The position numbers were made by a program, and so were the translations under genes. From Eledone cirrhosa (lineage: Eukaryota), in assembly GCA_964016885.1 (NCBI GenBank), contig OZ024758.1, positions 35,650,001 to 35,714,000 of the forward strand: a DNA stretch of 64,000 nt, read 5' to 3'. This document shows positions 55,301 to 64,000 of this stretch, piece after piece. Under the pieces are notes generated by a model. The model made no database searches. It was not told the origin of the DNA and saw only the letters and a list, made by a program, of their open reading frames with translations. Each line of letters opens with the position of its first letter. Position 1 is the stretch's first letter.

Positions 55301-57990
55301 TGGTGAGAATTCATTTAAGTTCATGGTATTAGCTGTCAGAAGTCACTCCAATGTTGGTGAGAATTCATTTAAGTTCATGGTATTAGCTGTCAGAAGTCAC
55401 TCCACTGTTGGTGAGAATTCATTTAAGTTCATGGTACTAGCTGTCAGAAGTAACCCCAATGTTGGTGAGAATTCATTTAAGTTCATGGTATTAGCTGTCA
55501 GAAGTCACTCCAATGTTGGTGAGAATTCATTTAAGTTCATGGTATTAGCTGTCAGAAGTAACTCCACTGTTGGTGAGAATTCATTTAAGTTCATGGTATT
55601 AGCTGTCAGAAGTAACTCCACTGTTGGTGAGAATTCATTTAAGTTCATGGTATTAGCTGTCAGAAGGAACTCCACTGTTGGTGAGAATTCATTTAAGTTC
55701 ATGGTACTAGCTGTCAGAAGTAACTCCACTGTTGGTGAGAATTCATTTAAGTTCATGGTATTAGTTTGTCAGAAGTAACCCCAATGTTGGTGAGAATTCA
55801 TTTAAGTTCATGGTATTAGCTGTCAGAAGTCACTCCAATGTTGGTGAGAATTCATTTAAGTTAATGGTATTAGCTGTCAGAAGTAACTCCACTGTTGGTG
55901 AGAATTCATTTAAGTTCATGGTATTAGCTGTCAGAAGTAACTCCACTGTTGGTGAGAATTCATTTAAGTTCATGGTATTAGCTGTCAGAAGTAACTCCAC
56001 TGTTGGTGAGAATTCATTTAAGTTCATGGTATTAGCTGTCAGAAGGAACTCCAATGTTGGTGAGAATTCATTTAAGTCATGGTACTAGCTGTCAGAAGTA
56101 ACTCCACTGTTGGTGAGAATTCATTTAAGTTCATGGTATTAGCTGACAGAAGGAACGCCACTGTTGGTGAGAATTCATTTAAGTTCATGGTATTAGCTGT
56201 CAGAAGTAACTCCACTGTTGGTGAGAATTCATTTAAGTTCATGGTACTAGCTGTCAGAAGTAACTCCAATGTTGGTGAGAATTCATTTAAGTTCATGGTA
56301 TTAGCTGTCAGAAGGAACTCCACTGTTGCTGAGAATTCATTTAAGTTCATGGTATTAGCTGTCAGAAGTAACTCCACTGTTGGTGAGAATTCATTTAAGT
56401 TCATGGTACTAGCTGTCAGAAGTAACTCCACTGTTGGTGAGAATTCATTTAAGTTCATGGTATTAGCTGTCAGAAGTCACTCCACTGTTGGTGAGAATTC
56501 ATTTAAGTTCATGGTATTAGCTGTCAGAAGTCACTCCACTGTTGGTGAGAATTCATTTAAGTTCATGGTACTAGCTGTCCGAAGTAACCCCAATGTTGGT
56601 GAGAATTCATTTAAGTTCATGGTATTAGCTGTCAGAAGTCACTCCAATGTTGGTGAGAATTCATTTAAGTTCATGGTATTAGCTGTCAGAAGTAACTCCA
56701 CTGTTGGTGAGAATTCATTTAAGTTCATGGTATTAGCTGTCAGAAGTAACTCCACTGTTGGTGAGAATTCATTTAAGTTCATGGTATTAGCTGTCAGAAG
56801 GAACTCCACTGTTGGTGAGAATTCATTTAAGTTCATGGTACTAGCTGTCAGAAGTAACTCCACTGTTGGTGAGAATTCATTTAAGTTCATGGTATTAGTT
56901 TGTCAGAAGTAACTCCTCTGTTGGTGAGAATTCATTTAAGTCATGGTATTAGTTGTCAGAAGTAACTCCAATGTTGGTGAGAATTCATTTAAGCCATGGT
57001 ACTAGCTGTCAGAAGTAACTCCAATGTTGGTGAGAATTCATTTAAGTTCATGGTATTAGCTGTCAGAAGGAACTCCACTGTTGGTGAGAATTCATTTAAG
57101 TTCATGGTATTAGCTGTCAGAAGTAACTCCACTGTTGGTGAGAATTCATTTAAGTTCATGGTACTAGCTGTCAGAAGTAACTCCAATGTTGGTGAGAATT
57201 CATTTAAGTTCATGGTATTAGCTGTCAGAAGTAACTCCACTGTTGGTGAGAGTTCATTTAAGTCATGGTATTAGCTGTCAGAAGTAACTCCAATGTTGGT
57301 GAGAATTCATTTAAGTTCATGGTATTAGCTGTCAGAAGTAACTCCACTGTTGGTGAGAATTCATTTAAGTTCATGGTATTAGCTGTCAGAAGTAACTCCA
57401 CTGTTGGTGAGAATTCATTTAAGTTCATGGTACTAGCTGTCAGAAGTAACTCCACTGTTGGTGAGAATTCATTTAAGTTCATGGTATTAGTTTGTCAGAA
57501 GTAACTCCACTGTTGGTGAGAATTCATTTAAGTCATGGTATTAGTTGTCAGAAGTAACTCCAATGTTGGTGAGAATTCATTTAAGTTCATGGTATTAGCT
57601 GTCAGAAGGAACTCCACTGTTGGTGAGAATTCATTTAAGTTCATGGTATTAGCTGTCAGAAGGAACTCCAATGTTGGTGAGAATTCATTTAAGTCATGGT
57701 ACTAGCTGTCAGAAGTAACTCCACTGTTGGTGAGAATTCATTTAAGTTCATGGTGTTAGCTGTCAGAAGGAACGCCACTGTTGGTGAGAATTCATTTAAG
57801 TTCATGGTATTAGCTGTCAGAAGTAACTCCACTGTTGGTGAGAATTCATTTAAGTTCATGGTACTAGCTGTCAGAAGTAACTCCAATGTTGGTGAGAATT
57901 CATTTAAGTTCATGGTATTAGCTGTCAGAAGGAACTCCACTGTTGGTGAGAATTCATTTAAGTTCATGGTATTAGCTGTCAGAAGTAACT
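48370..57990. repeat. Locally amplified satellite subfamily: three copies of a SNP-marked block (offsets 2372/2426 and 3719/3665 bp)
   Basis: Blocks at 48639, 51011 and 54730 share agaggtaac, gagtattc, tttacgtc and agaattaac, plus the chimeric monomer agtttgtcagaagtaacccc (49664, 52090, 55755). Offsets 52145/55810, 52414/56079, 53331/56996 and 54031/57696 equal 3665, with private aagttaatgg and tcctctg. Confidence 0.85.
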
Positions 57991-60900
57991 CCACTGTTGG
58001 TGAGAATTCATTTAAGTTCATGGTATTAGCTGTCAGAAGTCACTCCAATGTTGGTGAGAATTTATTTAAGTTCATGGTATTAGCTGTCAGAAGTCACTCC
58101 ACTGTTGGTGAGAATTCATTTAAGTTCATGGTACTAGCTGTCCGAAGTAACCCCAATGTTGGTGAGAATTCATTTAAGTTCATGGTATTAGCTGTCAGAA
58201 GTCACTCCAATGTTGGTGAGAATTCATTTAAATTCATGGTATTAGCTGTCAGAAGTAACTCCACTGTTGGTGAGAATTCATTTAAGTTCATGGTATTAGC
58301 TGTCAGAAGTAACTCCACTGTTGGTGAGAATTCATTTAAGTTCATGGTATTAGCTGTCAGAAGGAACTCCACTGTTGGTGAGAATTCATTTAAGTCATGG
58401 TATTAGTTGTCAGAAGTAACTCCAATGTTGGTGAGAATTCATTTAAGCCATGGTACTAGCTGTCAGAAGTAACTCCAATGTTGGTGAGAATTCATTTAAG
58501 TTCATGGTATTAGCTGTCAGAACGAACTCCACTGTTGGTGAGAATTCATTTAAGTTCATGGTATTAGCTGTCAGAAGTAACTCCACTGTTGGTGAGAATT
58601 CATTTAAGTTCAGGGTACTAGCTGTCAGAAGTAACTCCAATGTTGGTGAGAATTCATTTAAGTTCATGGTATTAGCTGTCAGAAGGAACTCCACTGTTGG
58701 TGAGAATTCATTTAAGTTCATGGTATTAGCTGTCAGAAGTAACTCCACTGTTGGTGAGAATTCATTTAAATCATGGTACTAGCTGTCAGAAGTAACTCCA
58801 ATGTTGGTGAGAATTCATTTAAGTCATGGTACTAGCTGTCAGAAGTAACTCCAATGTTGGTGAGAATTCATTTAAGTTCATGGTATTAGCTGTCAGAAGG
58901 AACTCCACTGTTGGTGAGAATTCATTTAAGTTCATGGTATTAGCTGTCAGAAGTAACTCCACTGTTGGTGAGAATTCATTTAAGTTCATGGTATTAGCTG
59001 TCAGAAGTAACTCCACTGTTGGTGAGAATTCATTTAAGTTCATGGTATTAGCTGTCAGAAGTAACTCCACTGTTGGTGAGAATTCATTTAAGTTCATGTT
59101 ATTAGCTGTCAGAAGTAACTCCACTGTTGGTGAGAATTCATTTAAGTTCATGGTATTAGCTGTCAGAAGGAACTCCAATGTTGGTGAGAATTCATTTAAG
59201 TCATGGTACTAGCTGTCAGAAGTAACTCCACTGTTGGTGAGAATTCATTTAAGTTCATGGTATTAGCTGACAGAAGGAACGCCACTGTTGGTGAGAATTC
59301 ATTTAAGTTCATGGTATTAGCTGTCAGAAGTAACTCCACTGTTGGTGAAAATTCATTTAAGTTCATGGTACTAGCTGTCAGAAGTAACTCCAATGTTGGT
59401 GAGAATTCATTTAAGTTCATGGTATTAGCTGTCAGAAGGAACTCCACTGTTGCTGAGAATTCATTTAAGTTCATGGTATTAGCTGTCAGAAGTAACTCCA
59501 CTGTTGGTGAGAATTCATTTAAGTTCATGGTACTAGCTGTCAGAAGTAACTCCACTGTTGGTGAGAATTCATTTAAGTTCATGGTATTAGCTGTCAGAAG
59601 TCACTCCAATGTTGGTGAGAATTCATTTAAGTTCATGGTATTAGCTGTCAGAAGTCACTCCACTGTTGGTGAGAATTCATTTAAGTTCATGGTACTAGCT
59701 GTCCGAAGTAACCCCAATGTTGGTGAGAATTCATTTAAGTTCATGGTATTAGCTGTCAGAAGTCACTCCAATGTTGGTGAGAATTCATTTAAGTTCATGG
59801 TATTAGCTGTCAGAAGTAACTCCACTGTTGGTGAGAATTCATTTAAGTTCATGGTATTAGCTGTCAGAAGTAACTCCACTGTTGGTGAGAATTCATTTAA
59901 GTTCATGGTATTAGCTGTCAGAAGGAACTCCACTGTTGGTGAGAATTCATTTAAGTTCATGGTACTAGCTGTCAGAAGTAACTCCACTGTTGGTGAGAAT
60001 TCATTTAAGTTCATGGTATTAGTTTGTCAGAAGTAACTCCACTGTTGGTGAGAATTCATTTAAGTCATGGTATTAGTTGTCAGAAGTAACTCCAATGTTG
60101 GTGAGAATTCATTTAAGCCATGGTACTAGCTGTAAAAAGTAACTCCACTGTTGGTGAGAGTTCATTTAAGTCATGGTATTAGCTGTCAGAAGTAACTCCA
60201 ATGTTGGTGAGAATTCATTTAAGTTCATGGTATTAGCTGTCAGAAGTAACTCCACTGTTGGTGAGAATTCATTTAAGTTCATGGTATTAGCTGTCAGAAG
60301 TAACTCCACTGTTGGTGAGAATTCATTTAAGTTCATGGTACTAGCTGTCAGAAGTAACTCCACTGTTGGTGAGAATTCATTTAAGTTCATGGTATTAGTT
60401 TGTCAGAAGTAACTCCACTGTTGGTGAGAATTCATTTAAGTCATGGTATTAGTTGTCAGAAGTAACTCCAATGTTGGTGAGAATTCATTTAAGTTCATGG
60501 TATTAGCTGTCAGAAGGAACTCCACTGTTGGTGAGAATTCATTTAAGTTCATGGTATTAGCTGTCAGAAGGAACTCCAATGTTGGTGAGAATTCATTTAA
60601 GTCATGGTACTAGCTGTCAGAAGTAACTCCACTGTTGGTGAGAATTCATTTAAGTTCATGGTATTAGCTGTCAGAAGGAACGCCACTGTTGGTGAGAATT
60701 CATTTAAGTTCATGGTATTAGCTGTCAGAAGTAACTCCACTGTTGGTGAGAATTCATTTAAGTTCATGGTACTAGCTGTCAGAAGTAACTCCAATGTTGG
60801 TGAGAATTCATTTAAGTTCATGGTATTAGCTGTCAGAAGGAACTCCACTGTTGGTGAGAATTCATTTAAGTTCATGGTATTAGCTGTCAGAAGTAACTCC

Positions 60901-63900
60901 ACTGTTGGTGAGAATTCATTTAAGTTCATGGTATTAGCTGTCAGAAGTCACTCCAATGTTGGTGAGAATTCATTTAAGTTCATGGTATTAGCTGTCAGAA
61001 GTCACTCCACTGTTGGTGAGAATTCATTTAAGTTCATGGTACTAGCTGTCCGAAGTAACCCCAATGTTGGTGAGAATTCATTTAAGTTCATGGTATTAGC
61101 TGTCAGAAGTAACTCCACTGTTGGTGAGAGTTCATTTAAGTCATGGTATTAGCTGTCAGAAGTAACTCCAATATTGGTGAGAATTCATTTAAGTTCATGG
61201 TATTAGCTATCAGAAGGAACGCCACTGTTGGTGAGAATTCATTTAAGTTCATGTTATTAGCTGTCAGAAGTAACTCCACTGTTGGTGAGAATTCATTTAA
61301 GTTCATGGTACTAGCTGTCAGAAGTAACTCCAATGTTGGTGAGAATTCATTTAAGTTCATGGTATTAGCTGTCAGAAGGAACTCCACTGTTGGTGAGAAT
61401 TCATTTAAGTTCATGGTATTAGCTGTCAGAAGTAACTCCACTGTTGGTGAGAATTCATTTAAGTCATGGTATTAGCTGTCAGAAGTAACTCCATTGTTGG
61501 TGAGAATTCATTTAAGTCATGGTACTAGCTGTCAGAAGTAACTCCAATGTTGGTGAGAATTCATTTAAGTCATGGTACTAGCTGTCAGAAGTAACTCCAA
61601 TGTTGGTGAGAATTCATTTAAGTTCATGGTATTAGCTGTCAGAAGGAACTCCACTGTTGGTGAGAATTCATTTAAGTTCATGGTATTAGCTGTCAGAAGT
61701 AACTCCACTGTTGGTGAGAATTCATTTAAGTTCATGGTATTAGCTGTCAGAAGTAACTCCACTGTTGGTGAGAATTCATTTAAGTTCATGGTACTAGCTG
61801 TCAGAAGTAACTCCAATGTTGGTGAGAATTCATTTAAGTTCATGGTATTAGCTGTCAGAAGTAACTCCACTGTTGGTGAGAATTCATTTAAGTCATGGTA
61901 TTAGCTGTCAGAAGTAACTCCAATGTTGGTGAGAATTCATTTAAGTTCATGGTACTAGCTGTCAGAAGTAACTCCAATGTTGGTGAGAATTCATTTAAGT
62001 TCATGGTATTAGCTGTCAGAAGGAACTCCACTGTTGCTGAAAATTCATTTAAGTTCATGGTATTAGCTGTCAGAAGTAACTCCACTGTTGGTGAGAATTC
62101 ATTTAAGTTCATGGTACTAGCTGTCAGAAGTAACTCCACTGTTGGTGAGAATTCATTTAAGTTCATGGTATTAGCTGTCAGAAGTCACTCCAATGTTGGT
62201 GAGAATTCATTTAAGTTCATGGTATTAGCTGTCAGAAGTCACTCCACTGTTGGTGAGAATTCATTTAAGTTCATGGTACTAGCTGTCCGAAGTAACCCCA
62301 ATGTTGGTGAGAATTCATTTAAGTTCATGGTATTAGCTGTCAGAAGTCACTCCAATGTTGGTGAGAATTCATTTAAGTTCATGGTATTAGCTGTCAGAAG
62401 TAACTCCACTGTTGGTGAGAATTCATTTAAGTTCATGGTATTAGCTGTCAGAAGTAACTCCACTGTTGGTGAGAATTCATTTAAGTTCATGGTATTAGCT
62501 GTCAGAAGGAACTCCACTGTTGGTGAGAATTCATTTAAGTTCATGGTACTAGCTGTCAGAAGTAACTCCACTGTTGGTGAGAATTCATTTAAGTTCATGG
62601 TATTAGTTTGTCAGAAGTAACTCCACTGTTGGTGAGAATTCATTTAAGTCATGGTATTAGTTGTCAGAAGTAACTCCAATGTTGGTGAGAATTCATTTAA
62701 GCCATGGTACTAGCTGTAAGAAGTAACTCCAATGTTGGTGAGAATTCATTTAAGTTCATGGTATTAGCTGTCAGAAGGAACTCCACTGTTGGTGAGAATT
62801 CATTTAAGTTCATGGTATTAGCTGTCAGAAGTAACTCCACTGTTGGTGAGAATTCATTTAAGTTCATGGTACTAGCTGTCAGAAGTAACTCCAATGTTGG
62901 TGAGAATTCATTTAAGTTCATGGTATTAGCTGTCAGAAGTAACTCCACTGTTGGTGAGAGTTCATTTAGGTCATGGTATTAGCTGTCAGAAGTAACTCCA
63001 ATGTTGGTGAGAATTCATTTAAGTTCATGGTATTAGCTGTCAGAAGTAACTCCACTGTTGGTGAGAATTCATTTAAGTTCATGGTATTAGCTGTCAGAAG
63101 TAACTCCACTGTTGGTGAGAATTCATTTAAGTTCATGGTACTAGCTGTCAGAAGTAACTCCACTGTTGGTGAGAATTCATTTAAGTTCATGGTATTAGTT
63201 TGTCAGAAGTAACTCCACTGTTGGTGAGAATTCATTTAAGTCATGGTATTAGTTGTCAGAAGTAACTCCAATGTTGGTGAGAATTCATTTAAGTTCATGG
63301 TATTAGCTGTCAGAAGGAACTCCACTGTTGGTGAGAATTCATTTAAGTTCATGGTATTAGCTGTCAGAAGGAACTCCAATGTTGGTGAGAATTCATTTAA
63401 GTCATGGTACTAGCTGTCAGAAGTAACTCCACTGTTGGTGAGAATTCATTTAAGTTCATGGTATTAGCTGTCAGAAGGAACGCCACTGTTGGTGAGAATT
63501 CATTTAAGTTCATGGTATTAGCTGTCAGAAGTAACTCCACTGTTGGTGAGAATTCATTTAAGTTCATGGTACTAGCTGTCAGAAGTAACTCCAATGTTGG
63601 TGAGAATTCATTTAAGTTCATGGTATTAGCTGTCAGAAGGAACTCCACTGTTGGTGAGAATTCATTTAAGTTCATGGTATTAGCTGTCAGAAGTAACTCC
63701 ACTGTTGGTGAGAATTCATTTAAGTTCATGGTATTAGCTGTCAGAAGTCACTCCAATGTTGGTGAGAATTCATTTAAGTTCATGGTATTAGCTGTCAGAA
63801 GGAACGCCACTGTTGGTGAGAATTCATTTAAGTTCATGGTATTAGCTGTCAGAAGTAACTCCACTGTTGGTGAGAATTCATTTAAGTTCATGGTACTAGC

Positions 63901-64000
63901 TGTCAGAAGTAACTCCAATGTTGGTGAGAATTCATTTAAGTTCATGGTATTAGCTGTCAGAAGGAACTCCACTGTTGGTGAGAATTCATTTAAGTTCATG

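Larger units (their letters stand above)
1..64000. repeat. 54-bp satellite DNA tandem array (~1,190 head-to-tail monomers; EcoRI-type satellite), running off both window ends
   Basis: The consensus ATGGTATTAGCTGTCAGAAGTAACTCCACTGTTGGTGAGAATTCATTTAAGTTC recurs every 53-55 bp from base 1 to 64000 (e.g. ATG at 51, 105, 159, 213). Monomers differ from it by about 0-4 substitutions or 1-bp indels. All are in one orientation with no intervening non-satellite DNA. Confidence 0.99.

Noticed and set aside
51-63999. Numerous + strand ORFs (MVLAVRSNSTVGENSFKF)n and - strand ORFs (MNLNEFSPTVELLLTANT)n as repeat-protein genes
   Set aside because: 54 bp is 18 codons, so any stop-free frame gives long ORFs, and two open frames out of six is unremarkable for 18 codons. 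Frames are broken every few monomers by 1-bp indels and by nonsense variants (gactga, gaattaa, gaattga). Most common variants are non-synonymous, and there are no unique N- or C-terminal domains or intergenic DNA.
1-64000. CRISPR array or other repeat-spacer or cassette system
   Set aside because: There are no unique spacers. The variable part of each unit is just a few SNP positions in an otherwise identical 54-mer, and no cas, recombinase or reverse transcriptase genes or leader are present.
1-64000. CENP-B box or telomeric repeat motifs
   Set aside because: No TTCG-N4-A-N2-CGGG core is present (the consensus has no CpG). TTAG is followed by C or T, never by GG or GGG.
1-64000. Synthetic concatemer or purely collapsed-assembly artefact
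   Set aside because: Nested, phylogenetically consistent private SNPs and regionally restricted variants fit natural satellite evolution. Individual near-identical duplications still need read-level validation.

Overview
The whole 64-kb window is one uninterrupted head-to-tail tandem array of a 54-bp AT-rich satellite monomer, about 1,190 copies. The consensus is ATGGTATTAGCTGTCAGAAGTAACTCCACTGTTGGTGAGAATTCATTTAAGTTC (20/54 = 37% GC, one EcoRI site, no CpG). I saw no unique sequence, transposon insertion, strand inversion, RNA gene or credible protein-coding gene. The ORFs in the track are artefacts of a monomer length divisible by 3 that is stop-free in one frame per strand. The structure of interest is hierarchical. 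Monomer variants form a recurrent trimer (162 bp). These build ~29-monomer higher-order units of two kinds (1,561 and 1,563 bp, together a ~3.12-kb 58-mer). The units have been reshuffled by recent duplications and deletions (periods of 1,186, 2,534, ~3,610, 3,665 and 4,098 bp, plus longer-range copies). Diagnostic SNPs are regionally partitioned along the array. This looks like eukaryotic centromeric, pericentromeric or heterochromatic satellite DNA (inference). Species and satellite family cannot be assigned from the sequence alone. All distances were worked out by hand from the sequence and the ORF-track coordinates.
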